Source of the DNA: an uncultured Gemmatimonadales bacterium
GTDB lineage: Bacteria > Gemmatimonadota > Gemmatimonadetes > Gemmatimonadales > GWC2-71-9
NCBI GenBank assembly: GCA_963795085.1
Contig: CAWCFX010000001.1
Coordinates: forward strand, 1,056,001-1,120,000
Direction: 5' to 3'
DNA length: 64,000 bases
The position numbers and the translations under genes are program-made. The notes beneath the pieces are model-generated. The model was not told the origin of the DNA and made no database searches. It worked only from the letters and a program-made list of their open reading frames with translations. This document shows, piece by piece, positions 10,619 through 20,899 of this stretch; the stretch's first letter is position 1, and each line of letters opens with the position of its first letter.

Positions 10619-12126
10619 GGCCTCCGGTCCTCGCCGTCCTGCCGCTCGCCGCGGCAGCGCTGTTCGCCGGGTGTGCCGACCGGATCGCCCCCGATCTCTC
10701 CTCGTTCGACATTGACCCCGATTCCGCCGTTCATTTCCCGGTCGTCGGCGACACCATCCAGCTCCGCGTTCTCACGGCAGGCGAGAACGGCGAGGCGGTG
10801 CTCCCCGAGGGTGTCGAGTACCTGGTACGGGACACCCTGGTCGCCCGGGTGGACCGGCTGGGCCGGGTGGCCAGCGCCGGGGACGGGCATACCTGGGCGG
10901 TCGCGCGATGGGAGGGCCTGGCCGACAGCGTACAGATCTCGGTGCGCCAGGCCCGGGATTCGCTGGTGCTCACCCTGCCGATCGCCACATTGATCGTCTC
11001 CCTTGCTCCCGACGCGCCGCTGCCGGTCAGCTGCCGCGCCTTCGACGCGGCCGGCGCGCGCCTGGCGCACCAGGCCAGCGTCGTCAGCATGACGGGGCGC
11101 ATCGAGGGAACCGCCTGCGGCGCGCTGGTCGCCCGGGCCTCGGGCCACGATACGCTCGTGGTGACGGCAGGGCCCTATCGAGCCAGCCTCCCCGTCGTCA
11201 TCGCCCTTCGCCCCCGGGTGCTCGGCGACCCCGCGGCGCGGTTCCCGCTGGACAGCCTGCCCGCCGGGCTTTCGCCCTGGGCGCCAACCCTGGTGCGCAA
11301 CAACCGGGGAACCCTGGACCTGTACATCGCCGGCTACCGTGAAGCCCCCTATCCGTTCGCCGGCAAGGTCGGCGATCTCCACCGCCTGAGCAGCGCCGAT
11401 GGTGCGGCGTTCCGGTACGCGGGCATCGCGCTTCGGCGCGACCCGGAACCCTGCGCGCTGCAGAGCACCGGCATCGAAAACGTGGCGATCGTTCCGAGAC
11501 AGGAGGCGGCCGGGTGGCGCATGTATTTCTCGGCCGGCAGTGATGGCTGCTACGGCTGGCAGGTCTTCTCCGCCGTGTCGGACGACGAACTCACCTGGCG
11601 CAAGGAAGCCGGCATCCGGGTTTCCAACGGCGGCGAGGCTCCGCCAGCCGACCCCGAGCTGCCGCCCTGGCCGGCCGGCGAGGGCATGCATGTGGACCGG
11701 GCGGGCGGCGAATGGCGGATGCTGGTCGGGTCTTACCTCCAGGCGATGCCGCGGGAGAACCGCTTCCAGATTACGGAGTGGCATTCGGCCGACCAGGTGG
11801 CCTGGCGCTACACCGGTGCGGTGCTCACTACGCGCGAGGTCGGTCCCGGGGCGCGGCGCTCGGTGTACAGTCCATCGGTGCAATTGATCGCCCCGGGGCT
11901 TCGCCGCATGTTCTTCTCCGGCGACGACCTGGACGTGCCCTCCGGCGGCAGCCGTATCTACACCGCGGTCAGCGTGGATGGATCCGCCTGGCAGGTAGAG
12001 GGGATTCTGCTGGACGATGGCGCCTCGCCGTACTACTACAGTACGATCGTGGACGATCTCCTGGTGTTCATCCGGGGCCGAGCCGGGGCCTTCCACCTGG
12101 CGGCCGTACGGGTGGAGCAGCGGTGA
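10615..12126 (+). CDS. Lipoprotein with Ig-like region and putative five-bladed beta-propeller (GH43/32-like fold)
   Basis: Lipobox LFAGC and propeller-type repeats (WAPTLV, WRMYFSA, YSPSV, RMFFSG). Translationally coupled on both sides. Confidence 0.6.
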   Translation: MRPPVLAVLPLAAAALFAGCADRIAPDLSSFDIDPDSAVHFPVVGDTIQLRVLTAGENGEAVLPEGVEYLVRDTLVARVDRLGRVASAGDGHTWAVARWEGLADSVQISVRQARDSLVLTLPIATLIVSLAPDAPLPVSCRAFDAAGARLAHQASVVSMTGRIEGTACGALVARASGHDTLVVTAGPYRASLPVVIALRPRVLGDPAARFPLDSLPAGLSPWAPTLVRNNRGTLDLYIAGYREAPYPFAGKVGDLHRLSSADGAAFRYAGIALRRDPEPCALQSTGIENVAIVPRQEAAGWRMYFSAGSDGCYGWQVFSAVSDDELTWRKEAGIRVSNGGEAPPADPELPPWPAGEGMHVDRAGGEWRMLVGSYLQAMPRENRFQITEWHSADQVAWRYTGAVLTTREVGPGARRSVYSPSVQLIAPGLRRMFFSGDDLDVPSGGSRIYTAVSVDGSAWQVEGILLDDGASPYYYSTIVDDLLVFIRGRAGAFHLAAVRVEQR

Positions 12127-13634
12127 AGGCCTGGGGGCTGGCGTTGCTCCTGGCAGGATCGGCGGCCTGTGAATCGGCTACCGGCCCGAACCGGCGGTCG
12201 CTGGCCATCACCCCCGCCGGCCCGCTCCTGCTGGAGGCCGTCGGGGACAGCGTTTCGCTCGAGGTCGTAGTCCGGAAAGGGGACTCGCTGGTGAGTCTCC
12301 CGGTCATCCTGTTCACGGCCGCGGACCCCCGGATCGTCGCGGTGAGCCGCGAGGGAGTGGTCCGCGGACTCCGCAACGGAACCACCTGGATCGTGGCCCG
12401 GGAGCGGTACGGCGCGGCGGACAGCGTCGCGGTCGCGGTGCGCCAGGCGGTGGATTCGCTGGAGGTGGCCTGGACCGACAGCTCCGCCATCTTCACCGTG
12501 CTGGGCGGGGGGCCCCTGCCGCTCACCTGCATCGCCCGCGACCGGAACGGATTCCGGATCGCCGACGCGGCGGTCCCCTCCAGCGCCCGGGGGACGGTGA
12601 CCGGTTCCACCTGCGAGACGCTGGTCGCGGTGCGCTCCGGCTTCGACATGGTCACCATTACCGCTGGCGAGAAAAGCATTACCCTCCCCCCGTTCGCGCT
12701 CGGCTTGGTGCCACAGGCCAGCTCGGCGGCCGGCGAGTTCGTCTCCCTCGACAGCTTTCCCACCGGCTACCGGATGTGGGCGCCCTCGGCCCGGGTCAAC
12801 ACGCAGGGCGCGACCGAGGTGTACCTGACGGGATACCAGCTGGTACCCGACTCAAACGGGGTGGGGCCCGGCGCGCTGCACCGGCTGGCATCTGACGATG
12901 GCGCCAGCTTCCGGTACGACGGCGTCGTGTTCGATCTTCCCCAGCCGGGCTGCGACCTGGTCTGCAGCGGGTACGAGAACATCGCCGTCATCCCCCGTGA
13001 CGATGGGCCCGGCTGGCGGATGTTTGTGGCGGCCGGCAGCACCGGGCACCTATGGCTGGCAGGTATTCTCCGCGGTGTCCACGGACGAGCGGTAACCTGG
13101 ACGATGGAACCTGGCATCCGCATCGCCAATGGGGGGCCGCTGCCACCCGCCCCGTAGGGTTTCGTGCCGTGGCCCGTCGGCGAAGGGATGGTCCTGGACC
13201 GGCTGCCCGGCGGCGAGTGGCGCATGATCGTCGGCGGATACGACCGGGTGCCCGCGCCGGTGGACCAATTCGAGATCGTGGAGTACCGCTCCGCCGACCA
13301 GCTCAACTGGAATTACGCGGGTCCCCTCGTCACCCCGGCCCTGTTGCCACCGTCGGGGCGGCGCAGCATCTACAGCCCGTCCATCGTCGAGTTCGTGCCC
13401 GGGCTCTGGCGGATGTTCGTCACCGGAGACGACCTGAACATGCCTGCGGGGCGAAGCCGGATATTTACGCTGGTGAGCCGGGACCGGACGGCATGGGAGT
13501 TCGAGACCGAACTGCTGGGCGCCCCGGGCACCAGCCTCTACTACACTGCCCTGGCGCGGGACCGGCTCTATTTTCTGCGCGAGGACGCGGGACAGGTCCG
13601 CGGACTTGCCGCGGTTACCCTGGCCATGCCCTGA
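12123..13634 (+). pseudogene. Paralog of the preceding lipoprotein, with two compensating frameshifts near 13045-13095 and an in-frame TAG at 13155
   Basis: GTG 12123 with lipobox SAAC. Colinear motifs WAPS, ENIAVIPR, YGWQVFSAVS, WPVGEGM, RRSIYSPS and GDDL are split across frames. Confidence 0.7.
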
Positions 13635-13663
13635 TTCACTTCCCCTGACCTGAGCCGCCTGCC

Positions 13664-14800
13664 ATGACCGCTGATGTTTCCGGCGTACCGTTCCTTGACC
13701 TGGTTGCCCAGCACCGGCCGATCGCCGCCGAACTGGTGGAGGTGTTTCGCGCCGCCGTGGAGAAGGCGGCGTTCGTGGGCGGCGCCGAGGTGGAAGCGTT
13801 CGAGCGGGAGTTTGCCGCGTTCGTCGAGGCGCCGCAGGCGGTGGGCGTCAATAGCGGCACCGACGCGCTTCGGTTCGGCTACCAGGCCCTGGGCCTCCAG
13901 CCGGGCGACGAGGTGATCACGGTATCGCACACCTTCATTGCCACCACCGAGGCGATCACCCAGGCGGGAGGTACCGTCCGCTTCGTGGACGTGGACGAAC
14001 GGACCATGACGATGGACCCGGCCGCGCTGGAGGCGGCCATTGGTCCCCGCACGGTCGGCGTCGTCCCGGTCCACCTGTATGGCCAGCCCTGCGACATGGA
14101 CCCTATCCTCGCCATTGCCGCTCGGCACCGGCTCTGGGTCGTGGAGGACGCGGCCCAGGCCCATGGCGCCCGGTACCGGGACCGGGCGGTGGGGTCGATG
14201 GGGGCGCTCGCCGCGTGGAGCTTCTACCCGGGGAAGAACCTGGGATCCTGCGGCGAAGGCGGCGCCGTCACCGGCGGCGATGCCGCGCTGCTCGACACCT
14301 GCCGCCAGCTGCGGGAGCATGGCCAGGCCAGGAAGTACTATCACGATATCGAGGGATACAACGGCCGGCTTCACGCCATCCAGGCCGGGTTTCTCCGGGT
14401 GAAGCTGCGCCGGCTGGCGGAGTGGAACGAGGGGCGGCGGCGGGCGGCCGCGGCCTACCGGTCGGCGCTCTCCGGCATCGCCGGAATCCGGATCCCCGAG
14501 GAGGCGTCCTATGCCCGCCACGTCTATCACCTCTACGTGATCCGGGCGGAGCGGAGGGACGAACTGCAGGCGCACCTGGCGGCCCAGGGAATCGGCACCG
14601 GGCTGCACTATCCGTTACCGCTCCACTTGCAGAAGGCGTACGCCGGGCTGGGTGTACCGGCGGGCTCCCTGCCGGTGACCGAGCGGGTCGCGCAGGACAT
14701 TCTCAGCCTGCCAATGTTTCCCGAGTTGACCGACGCCCAGGTCGGGCGGGTTGCGGATGCGATCCGGAACTTCTACCGGGGGCCGAGCAGCTCGAGATAG
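13664..14800 (+). CDS. DegT/DnrJ/EryC1/StrS sugar aminotransferase
   Basis: NSGTDAL, PVHLYGQ, EDAAQAHGA and SFYPGKNLG..GEGG. Confidence 0.95.
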   Translation: MTADVSGVPFLDLVAQHRPIAAELVEVFRAAVEKAAFVGGAEVEAFEREFAAFVEAPQAVGVNSGTDALRFGYQALGLQPGDEVITVSHTFIATTEAITQAGGTVRFVDVDERTMTMDPAALEAAIGPRTVGVVPVHLYGQPCDMDPILAIAARHRLWVVEDAAQAHGARYRDRAVGSMGALAAWSFYPGKNLGSCGEGGAVTGGDAALLDTCRQLREHGQARKYYHDIEGYNGRLHAIQAGFLRVKLRRLAEWNEGRRRAAAAYRSALSGIAGIRIPEEASYARHVYHLYVIRAERRDELQAHLAAQGIGTGLHYPLPLHLQKAYAGLGVPAGSLPVTERVAQDILSLPMFPELTDAQVGRVADAIRNFYRGPSSSR

Positions 14801-15969
14801 AGCGATCGGAGAGTGGCGGCGTCCCGGGCGGGATCCAGTTCGCGAAGGCTGGCGGACTGGGCCGCGCGGGCCCGGCGCACCCGCTCCTCCGGGGTCGCGG
14901 CCACGAAGGTCCCGATCGCCGCGGCGATCGCGCCGCTGGAGTTGGGCTCGAAGTACCAGGCCGTCTCGTCGGGGAAGTAGCGGAGATAGGTGGGAATGGC
15001 CGGCACGATGACCGGCAGTCCCAGGTGGATGTACTCGAGGAGCTTGGTCGAGAGGGAGAACCGGGTCATCCCGTCCAGCCGGGTGGGGACCAGCCCCGCG
15101 TCATACCCCGGCAGGAGCGCCTTCAGTTCCTGGTGCGGGACATTACCCAGGAGGCGCACCCGGGAGCCCAAGCCGGCCTGGTCAATCTGGGCGGCCAGTG
15201 CCTCTCGCGCCGGTCCATCCCCGTAGATATCGAAGGAGACATCCAGCTCCCGGGCGCGCGCGGCGGCGACCGCCGCGACGGCGAGGTCCAGCCCGTAGAG
15301 CGGCGTCAATGTTCCGTGGTACACCAGGCGCACCGGGTTCCCCAACACGCCGCGGGTCATGCGGGTTTCACCGAACTCGCCCGGGTCGGCGAAGTTGTGG
15401 ACGACGGTGATGCGTTCGGCCCGCCGGGCGGGGCGCGACGCCAGCTGGTCCGCCACCGCGTGGTTTACGGTGAGCAGCACATCGGCCTGGCGGCGGCTCC
15501 ACCGCTCCAGCAGCCGTGCGACGGGTTCGCCCACCCGGCCCTTCCACCCACGAAACCGGGAGCGGGTAAACTCGGGAAACACTTCGTGCAGGTCGAGGAT
15601 GACCCGCGCGCCGGCCCGCCGCGCGCGCCTGGTGGCCGCCACCAGGAAATCGGGAAGGGTATGCACATGATAGACTCTCGCCCCGGCGAAGCGGGCGTCC
15701 CGGCGGAGCAGCCGGCGGGCCTTCCAGAGGAACGCGAGATACTCCAGCAGGTAGTTGCCGGCCGAGCCGCGCTGCCTCTGGCCCGGCAACCGGATCACCC
15801 GGAGCGGGCCGTAGCGGCTGACCGGCCGCCCGTCCCGCCCGCCGCCGAGCACGACAATGGCCACCCGGGCGCCGGTTTCGGTCGCGATCATCGCTTCGCG
15901 GCGGGGCCGGGGATCCTCCGGAAAGGTGGTGTGGGCCAGGTGGACGATGTCGAACGTGCGGCGTGGCAA
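14773..15969 (-). CDS. Glycosyltransferase family 4
   Basis: DPRPRREA, HVHTLPD, LDLHE, YHGTL..YGL and STKLLEY. Start (TTG) is approximate. Confidence 0.82.
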   Translation of the reverse strand: MPRRTFDIVHLAHTTFPEDPRPRREAMIATETGARVAIVVLGGGRDGRPVSRYGPLRVIRLPGQRQRGSAGNYLLEYLAFLWKARRLLRRDARFAGARVYHVHTLPDFLVAATRRARRAGARVILDLHEVFPEFTRSRFRGWKGRVGEPVARLLERWSRRQADVLLTVNHAVADQLASRPARRAERITVVHNFADPGEFGETRMTRGVLGNPVRLVYHGTLTPLYGLDLAVAAVAAARARELDVSFDIYGDGPAREALAAQIDQAGLGSRVRLLGNVPHQELKALLPGYDAGLVPTRLDGMTRFSLSTKLLEYIHLGLPVIVPAIPTYLRYFPDETAWYFEPNSSGAIAAAIGTFVAATPEERVRRARAAQSASLRELDPARDAATLRSLYLELLGPR

Positions 15970-16086
15970 GTGGTTACCTTTCCGGGCTTCGAGTGGGCCA
16001 GAACCGCTAGAAAGGTGGGATACCTTGTTCCGTAAGCAAGAGGGCAGGGCGGGGGCAGGAGGATTGGGGGGGCAAGGCACCGCCTG

Positions 16087-17973
16087 ATGTGCGGCATCGC
16101 CGGAATTCTCGGTCCCGAGGGCGCCGATGTCAGCGCCGCCCTGGAGCGGCTGACCGCCGGCCTGTCGCACCGGGGTCCCGATGGCACCGGCTGCCGCTAC
16201 TTTCGGGGCCGCTCCGCCGGCCTCGGCCACCGGCGGCTCAGCATCGTGGATGTCGCCACCGGCGCCCAGCCGATGAGCAACGAAGACGGCTCCGTCTGGA
16301 TCAGCTACAACGGCGAGATCTATAACCACCGGGAGGTGCGCCGCGAACTGGAAACGCGCGGCCACCGGTTCCGGACCGCGGCCGACACCGAAGTCGTGGT
16401 GCATGGGTGGGAAGAGTGGGGCGCTGGCGTCTTCGAGCGGCTGAACGGGATCTACGCCCTGGCTCTGTTCGATAGCCGGGAGGGCGGTGGAAACCTGGTG
16501 CTCGCCCGAGACCCGGTGGGCGTGAAACCGCTGTACCTGGGCCGCGGTCCCCACGGCTGGTGGTTCGCCAGCGAACTCGCCGCCGCGAGGGCCGCCGGCG
16601 TTACGGATTGCGCGGTTCGTCCCGAGGCGCTGGGCGAGTACCTCGTGTACCGGTTCATTCCCTCTCCCGGCACAATCTACCAGAACACCTGGAAAATTCC
16701 GCCGGGCCACTACTGTATCCTTCCCTCCGGCCCCGGCGCGCCGCCCGTGTTCACCGCGTTCACGACCCGCTTCGCACCAGCATCGCTCCCCGGTTCGGCT
16801 GAAGAATGGGAGGCCGCGATCCGGGACGAACTGGCCGCCGCGGTGAGCCGCCAGCTCATGTCGGACGTGCCGGTGGGTACGCTCCTCTCCGGAGGGGTGG
16901 ATTCCACCGTGATCACCCGCCTGATGCAGAACGCGCTGCCCGGTCCGCCCCACGCCTTTGCCGTCGGCATCGCCGGTGAGGGGGCGGTGAACGAGCTGGA
17001 ACCGGCTCGCCGGGCCGCGCGCGAATTGGGCGTGCCGCTCACCGGTGTGGAAGTGACCGAGGAAGATTTTCTCGCGGCCTGGCCGGCCCAGGTCACCGGG
17101 CTGGGCGAGCCGGTGGCCAACAGCGGGGTGCTGCTCGTCGGTATGCTCTGCCGCACGGTGGGGCGGACCCACAAGGTGGTGCTGAGCGGGCAGGGCGCCG
17201 ACGAGCCGCTCGGCGGCTATCCTCGTCACGCGGGAGAGCGCTGGTATCCGGTGACCCGCCATCTTGGCCCCCTGCTCCGGATGCTGCCCGAGAGCGCCGC
17301 TTCCAGCGACCGGGTGGACCGGGTCCGGCGGCTCTCCCGGGAACGGGACCGGGCCCGCCGCTTCACCGAGATCCTGGCGGTGTTTCCGCCCGCCGAGATC
17401 AGCAACCTCACCGGCAGGGCGACCGATCCCGACAGTCTCGCGGCACCGGTGCGCTACTGGCTGGCGGCCCAGAATGTCGGAGATTCGCTGAACCAGCTGC
17501 TCCGGGTAGATGCCCGGCTGTCGCTGGCGGACGACCTGTTGCTGGTGGCCGATCACATGGCGATGGCCTCGTCGGTGGAGCTGCGGGTGCCCTTTCTCGA
17601 TCTCAAGCTGCTCGCCCTGCTGGAGGCGATGCCCTCCCGCTTCAAGATCTCTCCCCGGGGCGAACGCAAGTGGCTGTACCGCCGGGCGGTGCGGTCCCTG
17701 CTGCCGGAAGGCCTGCGCGAGCCGCTCACCGGACGCCGGGAGGGCGGCGGCCCGAAGCTGGGATTTACCGCGCCCATGGACCGGTGGCTCGATCGCTGGC
17801 TCCGCGACGACGCCGGCCAGTATCTGCTGGGTTCGGGGGCCCGGCTGCCGGGGCACATCGATGGCGGGGCGGTGCAGCGCGTGCTCGTCGAGGCGGCGGG
17901 GGGACGGCCGCGCACCCGGCAACTGCTTTCCCTCTACGTCCTGGAAACCTGGCTTCGCGGTAACGCCGCGTGA
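16087..17973 (+). CDS. asnB: Asparagine synthase (glutamine-hydrolysing)-like amidotransferase
   Basis: MCGIAG, HRGPDG, LGHRRLSI, NGEIYN, LLSGGVDS and SGQGADE. Confidence 0.93.
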   Translation: MCGIAGILGPEGADVSAALERLTAGLSHRGPDGTGCRYFRGRSAGLGHRRLSIVDVATGAQPMSNEDGSVWISYNGEIYNHREVRRELETRGHRFRTAADTEVVVHGWEEWGAGVFERLNGIYALALFDSREGGGNLVLARDPVGVKPLYLGRGPHGWWFASELAAARAAGVTDCAVRPEALGEYLVYRFIPSPGTIYQNTWKIPPGHYCILPSGPGAPPVFTAFTTRFAPASLPGSAEEWEAAIRDELAAAVSRQLMSDVPVGTLLSGGVDSTVITRLMQNALPGPPHAFAVGIAGEGAVNELEPARRAARELGVPLTGVEVTEEDFLAAWPAQVTGLGEPVANSGVLLVGMLCRTVGRTHKVVLSGQGADEPLGGYPRHAGERWYPVTRHLGPLLRMLPESAASSDRVDRVRRLSRERDRARRFTEILAVFPPAEISNLTGRATDPDSLAAPVRYWLAAQNVGDSLNQLLRVDARLSLADDLLLVADHMAMASSVELRVPFLDLKLLALLEAMPSRFKISPRGERKWLYRRAVRSLLPEGLREPLTGRREGGGPKLGFTAPMDRWLDRWLRDDAGQYLLGSGARLPGHIDGGAVQRVLVEAAGGRPRTRQLLSLYVLETWLRGNAA

Positions 17974-18959
17974 GCGAACCGCTGCGCCTGCTCCTGGTCA
18001 CCAACATGTTTCCTACCGAGGAGAGCCCTCATTCGGGGATTTTCGTCGCGCGGGAAGCCGCTGCACTCGAGCGGGCCGGCGTGGACCTCGCGGTCGAACC
18101 CATTGCGGGCCCCCGGGGCGAACTGGACTACTTCAGGTCCCGCCGCCGGATCGGCGCGGCGGTGGCCCGGCACCAGCCCCACCTGCTTCACGCGCACTAC
18201 GGATACAGCCAGCTGGCGGCGGCGTTCCAGCGGCGCCCGTTCGTGGTGACCCTCTACGGTGACGACATCAACGGAGAGTCCGACGGGCGGGGCGGCATCA
18301 CGCTCAAGAGCCGGGCCGGCGTGGCGGCGACCCGGACGCTGGCCCGCTTCGCCCGCCGCATCATCGTGCAGAGCCAGCCCATGCGGGAGCGGCTCCGGCC
18401 CGCGCTCCGATCGCGGGCCACGGTCCTGGGGAGCGGGGTGGACGACGAGCATTTCTCGCCCGCGCCGCAGGCGGAGGCCCGGCGCCGGCTGGGGCTCGGC
18501 CCCGAGGCCCGGGTCCTGATGTTCGTCAACAGCGGGCGGCAGCCGACCAAGCGGCTCGACCTGGCCATGGCCGCCCGGGACGAACTGGCCGCGCGCGGCC
18601 GGCCGGTCCACCTGCTCGTCGCGGAATCGGTGCCCGCCGGGGAAATTCGCTGGTATTACCGCGCGGCGGACGCGCTGCTCATGACCTCCGACCTCGAAGG
18701 CTCTCCCAATTGCGTCAAGGAAGCGCTCTCCTGCGGCATCCCGGTGGTCAGTGTCGCGGTGGGCGATGTGCCCGCGCTGCTCACCCGGCCGGAACAGGGC
18801 GTGATCGTGGAGCGGACGCGGGAAGCGCTGGCGTCCGGCGTGGAGCGGGTGCTGCACGGCCGGGAAGCGGGCCGGCGCTCGCTCCTCCCGGTGCACCTGC
18901 GAGCTTCCACGGTGGCCGCCGAGCTGGTCGCCATCTACCGGTCGGTGCTGGGTGAGTAA
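17970..18959 (+). CDS. Glycosyltransferase family 4 (TuaC-like)
   Basis: VTNMFP..GIFV and SDLEGSPNCVKEALSCGIPVV. Confidence 0.88.
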   Translation: MSEPLRLLLVTNMFPTEESPHSGIFVAREAAALERAGVDLAVEPIAGPRGELDYFRSRRRIGAAVARHQPHLLHAHYGYSQLAAAFQRRPFVVTLYGDDINGESDGRGGITLKSRAGVAATRTLARFARRIIVQSQPMRERLRPALRSRATVLGSGVDDEHFSPAPQAEARRRLGLGPEARVLMFVNSGRQPTKRLDLAMAARDELAARGRPVHLLVAESVPAGEIRWYYRAADALLMTSDLEGSPNCVKEALSCGIPVVSVAVGDVPALLTRPEQGVIVERTREALASGVERVLHGREAGRRSLLPVHLRASTVAAELVAIYRSVLGE

Positions 18960-18962
18960 TTC

Positions 18963-20207
18963 ATGACTCCGGTCCGGGAGCACGCGCTCCGGCTCGCCGC
19001 CATCAGCGCGGCGGCCCGCATTCCCGGTTTCCTGATTCCCCTGGTCATCGCCGCCCTCTTCGGGGCCGGCCCGGTGACCGACGCCTACTTCCTGGCGTAT
19101 GGCGCCGTCTTCCTCACCGGCGGCACCCTGGCGCAGGGCATCGAGTCGGCGATCGTACACTTCTCGGCGTCGGCGCGGGAAAGCCGGGGCTTCGAGGACC
19201 AGGCCGCGCGCAAGGTCTGGTGGATCGCGCTGGGCGTGTGGCTGCTGGTGGTGCCCATCGTGGCCTGGGCATCGCCGGCCGACCTGGCGACGCCGGTGAT
19301 CCGGTTCGCGCTGGCCCTGACCCCGCTCGCGATTCTCTGGCCGGTGTGCGCCGCCTACTCCGGCGGCCTGGTCGCCCGCTGGAAAATTGGGCAGGCATCC
19401 GGGTCCATGCTCTGGCGCGGGGCGGGCGCCCTCGCCGGCGTGGCTGCCGCGCTCCTGGGCGGCGGCCTGATGGCCGTCGCCGTGGGGCTCGGTGTGGGAG
19501 AGCTGGGCAGGCTCGTCTGGCTGCGCCGGCAGCTGGCCCGGGTGACGCTGCGGGCTGATAGCCATCGTGATATTCCCGGCTTCGGCAAGGCGGCCACCGC
19601 CCAGGTGCTGGCCGGCGCCACCGGGGCCAGCGCCCCGTTCGTCGAACGCATCCTCGCAACCACGCTGGGGAGCGGAGGCGTCTCGATGCTGGAGTACGCA
19701 TCCCGGCTTCTGATCGTGCCCGCGGTACTGTTCGAGGGAGGCTTTGCGCCGTTGCTGCTGGCCCGGTGGTCCAACGACCTGGCCAGCGGCCGGCAGCCCA
19801 CCCGCGCCGAAGTGCTGCGGGCGGTGGGGAAGGGAATCCTCCTGGCCGCGGCCATTGCCGGCCTGCTGGCGCTGCTGGCGGGACCTGCCGTTCGGCTGCT
19901 GCTGGGCCATGGGCGGCTCTCCGTGGAAGAAGTGGCCGCCATCGCCGGACTGCTGCGGCTCCTGGCGATCGGGTTCGTGGCCACCATGGGTGCCCTGCTG
20001 CTCGAGCGGCTCTATCTTGCCCACGCACGGAACCGCCGGCTGGCCCTGCTGGCCCTCATGCGGGTCGGGGTGCGCCTCACCGTGGTGGTGCTGGCGCTCT
20101 CCCGCATGGGCCTCGGCGCCTTTGCCGCGGGCTATGCCGCCGCCGAGTGGGCCTACCTGCTCGCCCTGCTGGCGTACCTTCCGACCGGACAGACGAGGAG
20201 CGCATGA
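18963..20207 (+). CDS. MurJ/Wzx-type flippase
   Basis: Polytopic membrane protein with IAALFGAG..TDAYFLA at the N-terminus. Confidence 0.8.
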   Translation: MTPVREHALRLAAISAAARIPGFLIPLVIAALFGAGPVTDAYFLAYGAVFLTGGTLAQGIESAIVHFSASARESRGFEDQAARKVWWIALGVWLLVVPIVAWASPADLATPVIRFALALTPLAILWPVCAAYSGGLVARWKIGQASGSMLWRGAGALAGVAAALLGGGLMAVAVGLGVGELGRLVWLRRQLARVTLRADSHRDIPGFGKAATAQVLAGATGASAPFVERILATTLGSGGVSMLEYASRLLIVPAVLFEGGFAPLLLARWSNDLASGRQPTRAEVLRAVGKGILLAAAIAGLLALLAGPAVRLLLGHGRLSVEEVAAIAGLLRLLAIGFVATMGALLLERLYLAHARNRRLALLALMRVGVRLTVVVLALSRMGLGAFAAGYAAAEWAYLLALLAYLPTGQTRSA

Positions 20208-20899
20208 CGCTGGTCCCCATCGAGTGGTCCAAGGCCTACGAGTCGTGGGGGCTCTCCATGGCTTCCCTGGAACGGAGTTATTCGCCGGGGCGGCTGCTGG
20301 ATGTGTTGCGGCGCTATCTGCCCGAGTCCGGCGCCGGGCCGGTGCTGGAGCTGGGGTCGGCGCCGGGCCGCTGGCTGGCCTGGATCGAACGGCACCTCTC
20401 CCGCCCCACCGTTGGCATTGACCTGGACGCCGAAGGAACCCGGCTCAGCCGGCGGCTCTTTCCCGGCCTCCGGGTCATGCGGGGCGATGCCACCCGGCTC
20501 CCGTTCGCCGACCGGTCGTTTGCCGCGTCCTTTTCCCTCGGCCTGGTGGAGCATTTTGAAGATCCATCGCCCATCATGGAGGAGACCTTCCGGGTGGTGC
20601 GGCCCGGCGGCATCGTGGTCTGCTCGGTGCCCAACCTGGGTGCGGGCACGTTTCTTCACTGGCACTGGAAGCTCACCGCGCCCGAGCATTTCACCACCCA
20701 CCGCCCCTTTTCGCTCGACCAGTTGACGGCCCTGGTCCAGTCCGCCGGGTTTTCCATTTTGCACCGGGAATACAACGGGCTCTATGTCCCGCGGGCCCAG
20801 GGCCTGCTGGGGCGGCTGCCGGGGCGGAGGGTGCTGAGTCGGCTCGAGTCTGTGCGGTCGGCGACCAGCCTGGTGGTGGTGGGACGGCGGGACGGATGA
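20204..20899 (+). CDS. Class I SAM-dependent methyltransferase
   Basis: VLELGSAPG, GDATRLPFAD, GLVEHF and RVVRPGG. ATGA overlap with the upstream gene. Confidence 0.88.
   Translation: MTLVPIEWSKAYESWGLSMASLERSYSPGRLLDVLRRYLPESGAGPVLELGSAPGRWLAWIERHLSRPTVGIDLDAEGTRLSRRLFPGLRVMRGDATRLPFADRSFAASFSLGLVEHFEDPSPIMEETFRVVRPGGIVVCSVPNLGAGTFLHWHWKLTAPEHFTTHRPFSLDQLTALVQSAGFSILHREYNGLYVPRAQGLLGRLPGRRVLSRLESVRSATSLVVVGRRDG

Noticed and set aside
13155..13157. In-frame TAG as pyrrolysine or stop-codon recoding
   Set aside because: It sits next to two frameshifts, TAG is used as a normal stop in many genes here, and no pyl genes are present. Error or mutation is simpler.
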